A DNA stretch of 64,000 nucleotides from Octopus sinensis (taxonomy: Eukaryota): contig NC_043000.1 in NCBI RefSeq assembly GCF_006345805.1, forward strand, positions 151,032,001-151,096,000, read 5' to 3'. How positions within the stretch are numbered: position 1 is the first letter of the stretch; every line of letters begins with the position of its first letter. Under the pieces are notes generated by a model, which worked only from the letters and a program-made list of their open reading frames with translations, was not told the origin of the DNA and did no database searches. Shown in pieces: positions 12,572 through 25,209 of this stretch. Position numbers and translations under genes: made by a program.

Positions 12572-12972
12572 GGCGCAGGAGTGGCTGTGTGGTAAGTAGC
12601 TTGCATACCAACCACATGGTTCCGGGTTCAGTCCCAATGCGTGGCGCTTTGGGCAAGTGTCCACTACTATAGCCTCGGGCCGGCCAAAGTCTTGTGAGTG
12701 GATTTGGTAGACGGAAACTGAAAGAAGCCCGTCGTATATATGTATATGTATATATATATTCGTGTGTTAGTGTGTCTGTGTTTGTCCCTCCAACATCGCT
12801 TGAGAACCGATGCTGGTGTGTTTACGTCCCCGTAACTTAGCGGTTCGTCAAAAGAGACCGATAGAATAAGTACTAGGCTTACAAAGAATAAGTCCTGGGG
12901 TCAATTTGCTCGACTAAAGGCGATGCTCCAGCATGGCTGCAGTCAAATGACCGAAACAAGTAAAAGAGTAAA
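12572..12972 (+). mobile_element. SINE family A, full length
   Basis: Same head and tail as 24769. Confidence 0.92.
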
Positions 12973-13107
12973 ATAATTACTGTTTTTACCTTAAATATTT
13001 ACTATCCACCAATTTACCTACGGTTTACTCGGGTGGCAAGGCTGTTATTCTGTCTCTGCTGTCTGTTCAAAATGATATTTGAAATCTAAACAGCAAATGG
13101 TGAATAT

Positions 13108-13325
13108 TGGTTTCGAATCTTTGGCACAAGGTCAGCAACTTCGAGGGAGGGGGTAAGTCAATTACCTCGACCCCACTGCTCAGCTGGTGCTTATTTTATC
13201 GACCTCTCCGAAAGGATGAAAGGCAAAGTTGACCTCGGCGGAATTTGAACTCAAAGCGTACAGATGGACGAAATGCCGCTAAGAATTTTGCCCGGCACGG
13301 TAACGATTCTGCGAGCTCGCTGCCT
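13108..13325 (-). mobile_element. SINE family C
   Basis: GAAAGGATGAAAGGCAAAGTTGACCTCGGCGGAATTTGAAC core. Confidence 0.88.
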
Positions 13326-13848
13326 TAATAAGTGGTGAATATTAAAATGGTAAATTGTAGAGTAGTGAAATGACAAAAAACTGCTTTAAGCTTGATTTCG
13401 CAGTGATCAGGTTTAACTTTCGCCCAATTGCTTCGATAAAATATTTTCCTGTCAAGTTTTACATTACTTTCTCCAAAGATTGTAGCCCTGTGCCACTTAG
13501 TTTAAATTCTAACCCCCCCCCCAAAAAAAACCAAAATAAAAAAACAAAAAGGCAAAAGCAAATCAACTCTATTTAACTCTATCAAAAAGTTCAAACCCAG
13601 TTCTAAAAAAATTAACTTCTACATTGCTACTACAATAGCCTCTGCTCCTGGGAATCAACTAGGTTCGTATTAGTTTAATTCAATCATTCCCGTTCCTTTT
13701 TTATTTCTCTTGTGTTTCCATCCCCAACCCACCCCACTCATATCTTGCACTAAACGCTATATCCAGACCTGCCTTACCAGACCTTGGAATTTCTTCCGTG
13801 CTCCTATCTTACCCGCAGATGTTAACTTAAAAATCTTCAAGAGAAACG

Positions 13849-14074
13849 TGATTGTGCCTAAAGTTTTCCGATATCGATTTCCAGTTTAATTTGTAATTAA
13901 GCAATGGAAGACTTTTTCTTCTCGAAGACTAGTCATTAGATCAATGACGATTAGATATTACATATGTCCATCATTCTTGCAAGCAGTAGTTCGTCGTTTG
14001 AACTAAGCTCTCACAGCGATGATGAATAAGTAGTAAAGAAATGTCACTAAATTTATTTTCACCACCAAAAGTAA
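13849..14074 (+). repeat. Direct duplication, copy 2, directly after a LINE-like 3' end (~13620-13848)
   Basis: See 12177-12416. Confidence 0.88.
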
Positions 14075-14220
14075 AAGCTATTGGAGGACCTACGAAGTCC
14101 ATGACCACTGAACTAGATCAGGTAATTAGAAAGAAAAATCAATTGCATCGATTACTGATATATTAATGGTGCTTGTTTTTATCACATTTGGTAGAAGTAA
14201 AGTCAAAATTAGTCTGGACA

Positions 14221-14568
14221 CAGGCATGGGTGTGTGATTAAGAAGTGGGCTTTCTGATTCAGTCCGACTGTGCAGCATCTTGGACCGACCAAATGAATTT
14301 AATAGACAGACACTTGTGGAAACCCGTCGTATATGCGTATATGTGTGTGTTTGCGCTTGTTCCGCGTCACTGCTTAACAACCAATACTGGTTTGTTTATG
14401 TCCCACAGCTTAGCGGTTCCGCAAAAGGGGACCAATAGAATAAGTATCACTCTTGAAAAAAAAAAAAAAAAGAAAAAAAGGGTCGATTTCTTCGACTAAA
14501 CTTTCGAAGCTGGTACACCAACATGGTCGCAGTCCGATAACTGAAACAAGTAAAGGACAAAAGATAAA
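14221..14568 (+). mobile_element. Diverged SINE family A
   Basis: CCCGTCGTATATG...CTTAGCGGTTC...GACCAATAGAATAAGTA...CTGAAACAAGTAAA. Confidence 0.75.
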
Positions 14569-16009
14569 AGCCGGTGTATTTGAACTCTGAAGTGAGAGAA
14601 TTTAAAGACAGAGTACAGTTAAGTACATTTATTCTTTGCTGTCGATCAAAATTCTTCTTTTCTTCCAACACTCCACTAAAAGAAACGTTATTTACATGTT
14701 CTGGCGACATAGCATGAAATACATTGATTATTCATCTCTGCCGACTATTTGCTATGATACCTTAATTATATTAGAATATTATTTAATGAGGAACATCAAT
14801 TAGCGAAATAACCAGTTGATTTTAGGCATTAGTTTATCTTAAATACAAAACTCACTTCCATCTACACAGTATATATTTTCCAAAAATTTCATCTATCTGA
14901 GGTTATTTAAGTTATCTCTCTTATTCGTATTTTTTTTTAGATTTTAAACATTCCTTAGAAGGAGGTTTTGTTTGCTAATTACGTAGATAATTGGAGCTTT
15001 TCAACACTGTATATTAGATATGGAAGATCTTACCGCTTTAATATTTTATTTAAGTTAGTTTACATTATGCGCTAGTTAATTTAGTATTATAATTAGTATT
15101 TTTATTGATACAGCCTTTTTCTATCTATCTTACTATATTTCTTTCTTTCTCTTGCTTGCTTTCTTCCTTTTCTCTTTCCTTTTTTCTTTTCTTTCTCATT
15201 CTATTGATACGCCTTGCCGATAGATTATAAATTAAGCACGGGATTTACTTTTTCTTCTTTTTCCTTCTTTTTATTTTACTTTATTCATGTGTCTTTTTTT
15301 CTATTTTTTTAAATTTTTATTAATTCTTCTTAGAAAGGAATTACTAATCAAATGCTTGATTTCACAGCTGATTTAATGAAGTAATCGGGCTGTCAACAGA
15401 AGAACAAAGTACCCCGAATGGGAACGTGTGCTCTGACCAGCTCCCATTCGGCAACAAAACTATAAAAGTCTGGACACTGATGACTTTATAGAGTGCAGTT
15501 TTTGTTGACTGTTTCATTCGTTTATTATCTCTCCCGCCCTAATTCTTTATTATTCGCAAAATAACTTAAATCTACGTTTTGGGTTCTTGCGTACACACGC
15601 AAGCAGACACACGCAGGTAGAGACGCACGCATGCACGTACGCAAACGCACAGAGGCGTACACGCGTATACCCACGCTTATCAATGTTTAAGCATATTTAC
15701 GTATGTAAATATGTGCATGCCTGCGTGTGTGTATGTATGTATGTATGTAAATGTATGTATGTGTTTGTGTGTTCTCTCTACTTTCTGCATGCAGACGTGT
15801 ACGTAAATGAATTTGTATGTATGCATATATGTATACACACACACACACGCGCGCGCATGTGGACTTGTGCACTTGCATACGCAAACAGCTAAAAGGAGAG
15901 GGAGAGAGAGGTGCATGTGAGCGAAAATCCATAAACTATGAAGAAGTTAGGAAAGGTTAACACCCAAAAGATAGCTGGAAACGGGTGGTTTGCACCTCCG
16001 TTCATCGAA

Positions 16010-16084
16010 GAATATATACATATGTACACACACACAATATATATATATATATATATATATCATATATAATATATATATTATATC

Positions 16085-16116
<32 letters not shown>

Positions 16117-16160
16117 TATATAATATTATATATATATATATATATACATATATATATAAC

Positions 16161-16191
<31 letters not shown>

Positions 16192-16405
16192 ATATATATT
16201 ATATACATACATATATATTATATATATATAATATATATATACCATATATATACATATATATTTTATATTATATATACATATATAATATATACTCATATAT
16301 ATACAATATAGTTACTAATATCTATATACATTATATATATTATACATAATATACCTATATAGTTATATATATATATATATATATATATATTTACATATAT
16401 AATAC

Positions 16406-16440
<35 letters not shown>

Positions 16441-16632
16441 CTTTACATATATATATACATATATATATATATATTATATATATTTACATATATATAATAT
16501 ATATATATATAGCATATAGATATTATACATATATATATATATACATATAAACATATATATATATTGTGTGGTGTGTGTGTATGTATGTATGTTGTATGTA
16601 TGTATGTATGTCTTATGTATGTATGTATGTAT
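16010..16632. repeat. Long degenerate (TA)n/(TATG)n tract
   Basis: Directly visible. Confidence 0.95.
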
Positions 16633-17155
16633 GAGTTGAGCGAGAAAGATAGCGCCATCACCTAGTCTGCCGCTATTTTACGCTTACTGAACCGTGAAAT
16701 GTGAATCCACCCGGCATTATCCACGCTTTATTCATTCTTATTCTATTAGCACGAGAGAAGCATTGAAAACTCCAGTTCTTACGTCCGCCTGTCACATACT
16801 GGTTGTTAAATATTCATGCTGGATCCTACACGAACTTATCTTAGATGAATAAAATCTATCACACAGTCTAAGGCGCAAGTTGTAAAACATTTGTGAAATT
16901 TCACAAATGTTTTCGTAACTGGAACCGTTCCTAGAACTTTTACACAATTTGAAAGGAAAGGGGCTAAAAAAAAAGAAGAAAAAGAATTTTATAAAACACA
17001 GCAACCGATATGGAAATGAGCAATCTGGTCATTTTGCATGTACTTCGTGATATCTTTACAGAGTCCTTGTATACGCACGCATGCGTAGATATACTGTTTC
17101 GCTCTTTCGCTTCCCCACTGTCGCTCTCTCTCTTCTCTTCTCACTCTCTCTTCTC

Positions 17156-17204
<49 letters not shown>

Positions 17205-17319
17205 ACTATATTATAAAGGTTAGCATAAAGTTATCAATAGATAACCTTTATATAGTATGTATGGGAAAGTTAGTCGAGTGCATAATATGAATTCTCGCTC
17301 ACTCGCACGCACACACACG

Positions 17320-17865
17320 CCGATATCAGATCGGTATGCATATATATATATATATATATATATATGCATACACACACATACACACACACACACACTCACA
17401 CAGAGAAACACGTGAACATGTGTTCGTATATCTTTAGCTATGTATACATACAAATTTAGGCATGCACGCACACACACACACACACACATAACTTCCGCGC
17501 TGGAAATTTTACTCAATAGACTACATTCACTCTCAAGGTATTGTTCAGAAGGATAAGGTATGGAATCACGTGCTTCTATACATACATACATACATACATA
17601 CATACATACATAGATACATACATACATACATACATGCATGCATGCATACATACATCATACATACATACATACATACAACATACATACATACATACTACAT
17701 ACATACATACATACATACTACATACCATACTACAGACAGACAGACACAGACACATATATATACACATATATATGTATGCACACACACATGCACATATATA
17801 TGTATGGATGTGTGTGTGTATGTATGTATATATTCATGTACAATGTTGTACATCTACATACATAG
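17320..17865. repeat. Compound (TA)/(CA)/(CATA)n microsatellites
   Basis: Directly visible. Confidence 0.9.
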
Positions 17866-18253
17866 TAGTTGTACAAAAATTCTTATTTGCGGAAGTAAGT
17901 TGAAATCTACGCGATGCTGAAGAGGTCAAATAAGACCCAAACGTGCCGGCTTCTCGGCCATAGTTTTCCAAATGATTAATATAACATTAATCATTAGGCC
18001 ATTTCTTTACTGCATTAGTATTTCTGATTTAATGCTTGATACTCTACAGAAACGGTTGTTTTATCATACATCAGTGTCTAGGATATAGAAGGGAAATGGA
18101 AAAAAATTCTGCTTTAGCTACGAATTTGTCATATCAGGAGCTCTTTCTATATTCTTTTAAGAACATAACACACTATCTGGAATCAAGTCAGCCAAAAGAA
18201 TAGCTCCACAACTTCACCGTCGTCCTCTATTAAGCTCAGTCAGTGTAGTATTG

Positions 18254-18487
18254 TTTTACTCTCTTTTACTCTTTTACTTGTTTCAGTCATTTGACTGCGG
18301 CCATGCTGGAGCACCACATTTTTTAATCGAGCAACTCGACCCCGGGACTTATTCTTTTGTATAAGCCCAGTACTTATTCTATCCGTCTCTTTTGCCGAAC
18401 CGCTAAGTGACGGGGACATAAACACACCAGCATCGGTTGTCAAGCAATGCTAGGGGAACAAACACAGACACACAAACACACACACGC

Positions 18488-18533
<46 letters not shown>

Positions 18534-18583
18534 TAAGACGGGCTTCTTTCAGTTTCCGTCTACCAAATCCACTCACAAGGCTT
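18254..18583 (-). mobile_element. 5'-truncated SINE family A
   Basis: Reverse complement of the A tail and the post-head segment. Confidence 0.9.
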
Positions 18584-19015
18584 TGACCATATAAAGTCAG
18601 ACCTGATTGAGCAAACCTATTATAAAAAGCATTCCAGTTTTGACCTTCATGCCTTTTTTGACATAGTGTACCTAAGAGTATATTAACTAATATGTACTTT
18701 TGTTTTATTAAGTCAGCTGAGTACGTTTTAAAATAATTTACGTAATTATTTCTTGCAACGTGAACGATCAAATGGAAGCTTCCTTGTTCGTTTGTGTCAT
18801 GCAGTATTAATGGACTTGGCGGTGTGCTTATAACAAGGTGTTATAGAAAACTAGTCGGTGTAGGAATGGCAGCAGATTACTCTCATGCAACTTGCTTAAT
18901 ATTTAATTTACTCCTGGTGCCAAAACTAATTTTCTAAAATCAAAATACCCAGTTTGGTATGGATGACTAAAACAAACCTGCAATATATTGTATCACGATG
19001 AAAAAAAAAAAAATT

Positions 19016-19376
19016 AACAAGAGCGCTCAGAGAGTGTAGACCTCCGCCAAGGCAATATTAACGTCCTCTCAACGATTAACCGGAGAGGATTTTTAAAATG
19101 AGAATATCTTAAATAAAATCGACTGCTCCCACAAACGAGAATACTAAAACTAAACCCGACCGCTCTCTAAACTTAAATAAAAAAAAAAACCGAAAAAATA
19201 ATCCTGAATCCTTGTCCGGTACCGCACCGATCCCAAAATCTAATCAGTTCGTGCCAATCATGAGGCCAAATATTTCTGAAAGTTTAATCCGAATCCATCC
19301 AGCGATTCTTGAAATGTGTTGTCCACGGACAAACAAACACGACTGAAAACAATACCTACACCTTAGCGAAGGCAAG
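19016..19376. mobile_element. Non-autonomous DNA element with subterminal inverted repeats (Helentron/Crypton-derived style)
   Basis: AACAAGAGCGCTCAGAGAGTG at one end; ACCTCCGCCAAGG near 19040 is an imperfect inverse of CCTTAGCGAAGG near 19361. Class assignment is inference. Confidence 0.5.
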
Positions 19377-20438
19377 AAATAAAAAAAAACTACTTCTATA
19401 GCACATACACACACACATTCTAGACATCGGAATACTATAAATGGAATTGATTTAGTGTCCAATGTACATTAAATGACATAATTGTTCTTCAAACTTCAAT
19501 ATACTCTACAATTACTTTTGATAGTATCTAGTACAACAGATCTGATCCTGTGATGCAATATAAAAAAACTTTTCAGTTTCAACATTTTCTTCTGCGCATC
19601 TCAGCCAGAGCTGCGAATTTTCTTCATTTTCTTTCAATCCTGCTCAGTTTTTCAGGTGTTAGTCAAACACGTGGCTTTCTTGCCATTCTTTTTCTATGGC
19701 ATTCTGTAGCACAATTTCCACATTTTCACAATATTTGTTGTTTATTTCTCTTCTCTTTCTAGCTACTTCAGCCTTTGTTTTGTATTTGTTGGCTTCTCTA
19801 AAGGTATTGTCCGTGTTTTTTTTTCCCATATTTCTATTAAACTTCCATTATTCTTTACTGGATTTTTTTATAGTTCAATTGTAGTTATTTCATATTACTT
19901 TTCCAGTTGCTGGTGGCCCTCCTGGTTAATATAATCTTTCTGCGTCAAAATTTGTAGGTGTATTCAAAATGTAGTTATTATATTTCTTGATTTTTTTCTT
20001 CTTGTCTCTCAATGCTACCTTATTAGACGTTCAGTTGAGAATATTAAGACTACAACTTATTAATAATGAGACAGCTAAAATATTGCTGCCTGCTATAGTT
20101 TTTCCATTCAGCTCTGCTAAATATCAATCTAATATGTCTATAATATTCCTTCCTCATATTTTCTTTCATTTGTGTGTGTGAGAAGTATCTCTGTAGTTTA
20201 TAGATTACTAGACATTTATATGTTTCTGTAAGTTATGGCTCTCTTATCTGTGTAGTAGCGGTTTTAATTATTTTCTTTTCTTCGAGATTGATTTGGCACA
20301 TAGTTCTACGCAAATCTCAAATCATTTGCTTTGGAATATTTACATAAATATAATTGTTCTATCGTCTGCTTAGCAGAACTGAATGCCAATCATCTACTAA
20401 AAAAAAAGGGGCTTAATTAAAGAATAATCGAAATTTAA

Positions 20439-20509
<71 letters not shown>

Positions 20510-20670
20510 GGAATGAAAGATTGGAGTCGAACGAAGATATTAACAAAATTCCTTTACTCTCGACATATGTTTCGAAGACAGCATATTTTTATTCCGTGAA
20601 TTTGCTACCCAGGTTTCGGTTAAACGAATTTTTCATGCTGACGATAAACATAGGATAATTCATTCACCTA

Positions 20671-20751
<81 letters not shown>

Positions 20752-21291
20752 ATATGTATATATATAAAGGTCAGAACAAAGAGATTTTGTACCTTCAGGG
20801 AAGCTTAGAATTATTAAACAAAATCTGTAGCTGTGAGAACAAAGAGAAAAAGCGCAACAGAAATTGTGAAAAATCTGAAAATGGGGCTACAGAATGCTAT
20901 TCAAATAAGATGGTAAGAAAAGCCAACCTACCATAAAAGTTCAGTCTGGCTTGCAGGAAAAGAGTGAAGGGAAGATCTTTCTTGGAATATGCCTATTCTT
21001 GTAAATAGAGAGGTTAGTTTTTATAAGTACTATTTTTGTCTTTATCTGCAGAAATGGCCGTCATTTATTCGAAATGTGTTAAATGTATTTCCTTCATCAT
21101 TGCTCATCCTTCTAGGATCTGTGTGTGTAATCGCGGAGAATCCAGACCTTTCTGGCAGTCAGTCTAAAATACAATCATGTCACATCTTTCTCCTCCTCTC
21201 CGATGTTATGGTTTTGTCAACTAATTGGTCAGCAGTTATAGCAGCTTTTCCAGCACCCATTCAGTTCTGGAAATTACTTTAATTCCAGATA

Positions 21292-21505
21292 TTGGTTTCA
21301 AATTTTGGCACAAGGCCAGTAATTTCAGGGAGGGGGTAAGTCGATTAATCAACCTCAGGTCTCAACTGGTACTTACTGTATAGCTTCCGAAAGGATGAAA
21401 AGCAAAGTCGACCTCGGCGGAATTTGAACTCAGAACACGCAGACGGACTAAATGCCGTTAAAAATATTACCCGGCGCGGTATCGATTCTGCCAACTTACC
21501 ACCTT
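21292..21505 (-). mobile_element. SINE family C
   Basis: Core and head match. Confidence 0.88.
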
Positions 21506-21649
21506 CTTCCAGGTATCAGTCATTTGTAATATTGTATCTCAAATTCGTAGTGGTCAGATTGTGGCTTTGTAGCCGTCAGGGTTCTTCACTTTTTTAAGTA
21601 ATTTAAAAGGGCAATATGATTTTCCTTTTCGTGAAAAAATTAGATATTT

Positions 21650-22045
21650 TTTTCTACTCTAGGCACAAGCCCGATATTTTAGGGGAGAGAGCCAGTCGAT
21701 TAGATGGATCACACTATGCAACTGGTACTTAATTTATCAACCCCGAAAAGAAGAAAAGCAAAGTCGACCTCGATGGAATTTGAATTCCGAACATAAAGTC
21801 AGGCAAAATACCTATTTCTTTACTACCCACAAGGGGCTAAGCACAGAGAGGACAAACAAGGACAGACAAACAGATTAAGTCGATTATATTGACTCCAGTG
21901 TGTAACTGGTACTTATTTAATCGACCCCGAAAGGATGAAAGGCAAAGTCGACCTCGGCGGAATTTGAACTCATAACGTAACGGCAGACGAAATACTGCTA
22001 AGCATTTCGCCCGGCGTGCTAACGTTTCTACCAGCTCGCCGCCAT
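21650..22045 (-). mobile_element. Dimeric SINE family C
   Basis: Two cores in tandem with two tail types; approximate TSD GTGAA(A/C)AAAT(T/C)AGA near 21631 and 22047. Confidence 0.85.
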
Positions 22046-22454
22046 GTGAACAAATCAGAAATTATTTCGGGTTTTTTGAGCACTTATTAAATATTTTAAA
22101 CAGAAGTTTCGGACTTTATAATTTCTTTTTTTGTTTTCCAAATATTCTTTAATTTTGAACCATCTTGTCTGTGGTAATTCTTTAGACTACAAAATCAAGA
22201 TAATCTCCGGTCTATTCAGCCTGTATTCCGGAAGCAGACTTTATATTTCAATGGTATTAATTTTTCCGTTTTTCATTTCCTTCTTTTCGTTGTTGACTTC
22301 ATTAAGAGTTGAGAGGTTTTCCTTTTATCTTTTTTTAATCTAGATTATCTATTAACAGATACAAAAATGAAATTTAGAAATAAAATATAAATTTTTATCT
22401 AGTTTCCTGTAACTTTGTTTCTTATGTTGTTGTTCTTATGAATGTTGATACGCA

Positions 22455-22610
22455 CAGGCGTGGCTGTGTTGTAAGTAATTTGCTTCTCAAACAGTTGGTT
22501 CCGAGTTCAATCCTGCTGTGTGGCACCTTGAGCAAGTGTCTTCTGCTATAACCTCGGGCCGACTAAAGAAGTCTTATGAGTGGATTTTGTAGACAGAAAC
22601 AAAAAAACTC

Positions 22611-22647
<37 letters not shown>

Positions 22648-22962
22648 ATCACGTGACCGACCAGACCATCAGATGTTGCTACACATCGCTGGTCACAATG
22701 CGTTTGCATTGTTTTAGCCTTCGAATGACGCCACCCCGCTGGCTAAGCGAGCAGGCCAACTGAAGAAAGAGTGAGAGAAAGAGTGGTGAAGGAGTACAGC
22801 AGGGATCACCACCTCCTGCCGGAGCCTCGTGGAACTTTAGGTGTTTTCGCTCAATAAACACACACAACGCCCGGTCTGGGAATCGAAACCGCGATACCAC
22901 GATCACGAGTCCGCTGCCCTAACCACTGGGCCATTGCGCCTCCACACACACACACACACACG

Positions 22963-22993
<31 letters not shown>

Positions 22994-23248
22994 GTATGTA
23001 TATGTATGTATGTATGTATGTATGTGAAATGTTTATGTGAATGTCTTTATCCATGTTTCCTCCCCCACCACTTGACAACCGATATTGTTTTTTTTTACTT
23101 ATCCATAACTTAGCGGTTCGTTAAAACACACCGATAGAATAATTGCCAGGCTTAAAAAAAGGTACTGAGGTCGATTTCCTCGATTAAACACGTCGAGGCA
23201 GTACCCCAGCATGACCACAGCCCAATGGCTAAAACATGCAAAAGGTAA
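22455..23248 (+). mobile_element. Diverged SINE A split at its internal microsatellite by a SINE B
   Basis: A head at 22455-22612, A tail at ~23050-23248. Confidence 0.75.
22642..22944 (-). mobile_element. SINE head B with tail type 3
   Basis: B head on the minus strand; tail ends ...GGTCGGTCACGTGATCACGTG, unlike tails 1 and 2. Confidence 0.88.
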
Positions 23249-23400
23249 ATGATTCCTATGTATCTATATACATATCTGAGAGAATATCCGGTTTCCATTC
23301 GAACTACTCTGGTTGCTGTCGATGTTATCTCACGTGACTGCTGTTATTGTTATTCTTTGATCATCAAGCTTTATTCTCAACAGGAACCATTGGAAAATTC

Positions 23401-23660
23401 TTTTCTTTGGAATTCTTCAATTATGTTCAACTTTAAAGTGCTATGCTTTCCATCTTTATAATCTAATTTTCTTAAATTTCCATCATATTCCCTTATATAT
23501 GTATATATATATATGTATATATGCGCGCACGCGTGTGTATGTGAGTGTGTTTATGTGTGTATATATAAGGGAATATGAAGGAAATTTAAGAAAAGTTGAT
23601 TATAAAGATGGAAAGCATAACACTTTAAAGTTGAACATAATTGAAGAATTCCAAAGAAAA
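23401..23660. repeat. Inverted repeat with ~100-bp arms and a ~60-bp microsatellite spacer
   Basis: 23401-23500 is the reverse complement of 23561-23660 with only a few mismatches. Confidence 0.92.
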
Positions 23661-23664
23661 GATT

Positions 23665-24352
<688 letters not shown>

Positions 24353-24471
24353 ACATAAAAGAGATCCGAATAATAGGATATCTGACTTGCTAGAAAGAGC
24401 AGTTAAAAGCTCCAACCCACCAATTGTTGTAATTCCGAAAGTGATTGAAAAATAAAAACGTTTACCTTAAT

Positions 24472-24557
24472 CCTAGACCCTGCAAGGTTTCTGCAGACTT
24501 AAATACAGATTGAAATAAATAATCTCAGTCTACATCTGGCGCTGCGTCCTCAGTAGG
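24472..24557 (-). ncRNA. Type I hammerhead ribozyme candidate with intact core
   Basis: CCTA-CTGAGGA-[extended stem II]-GAA-ACCT[TGCA]GGGT-C-TAGG; GUC cleavage triplet. Confidence 0.72.
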
Positions 24558-24768
24558 TTGCCAAGACTGAACACATAGACATGGAACTATAAGCGAGTCA
24601 GATATCCTATTCTTCGGGTATCTCTTTTATGTTTGAATGTACACTGTATTATTATCTGAATAATATATAGTCTATTGACTAATTCTTTCTCGCTAGACCA
24701 CTGGTAACTAATAATTTTTCGATAAATATTCTTGTTACCCCAAGTTTTTAATTAAATATATATATATA

Positions 24769-25175
24769 GGCGCAGGAGTGGCTGTGTGGTAAGTAGTTTG
24801 CTTACCAGCCACATGGTTCCGGGTTCAGTCCCACTGCGTGGCATCTTGGGCAAGTGTCTTCTGCTATAGCCTCGGGCCGACCAATGCCTTGTGAGTGGAT
24901 TTGGTAGACGGAAACTGAAAGAAGCCTGTCGTATATATGTATATATATATATATATGCGTGTGTGTGTTTGTGTGTCTGTGTTTGTCCCCCTAGCATTGC
25001 TTGACAACCGATGCTGGTGTGTTTACGTCCCCGTCACTTAGCGGTTCGGCAAAAGAGACCGATAGAACAAGTACTGGGCTTACAAAGAATAAGTCCCGGG
25101 GTCGATTTGCTCGACTAAAGGCGGTGCTCCAGCATGGCCGCAGTCAAATGACTGAAACAAGTAAAATAGTAAAAG
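24769..25175 (+). mobile_element. SINE family A, full length
   Basis: Used as the reference copy. Confidence 0.93.
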
Positions 25176-25209
25176 TATAAATACATATATATATATACAT
25201 ACACACACG

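Larger units (their letters stand above)
19450..22440 (-). pseudogene. Highly decayed R4/Dong-like non-LTR retrotransposon, interrupted by SINEs and (TA)n
   Basis: Minus-strand fragments ADQLVDKTI (~21230), QMKENMRKEYYR and AELNGKTIAG (~20100-20180) and IASQDQ..TRYYQ (~19540) are colinear with the 28310 element. Confidence 0.65.

Noticed and set aside
15414-15500. H/ACA snoRNA
   Set aside because: An ANANNA-like hinge is present, but the hairpins are too short, lack pockets, and there is no terminal ACA.
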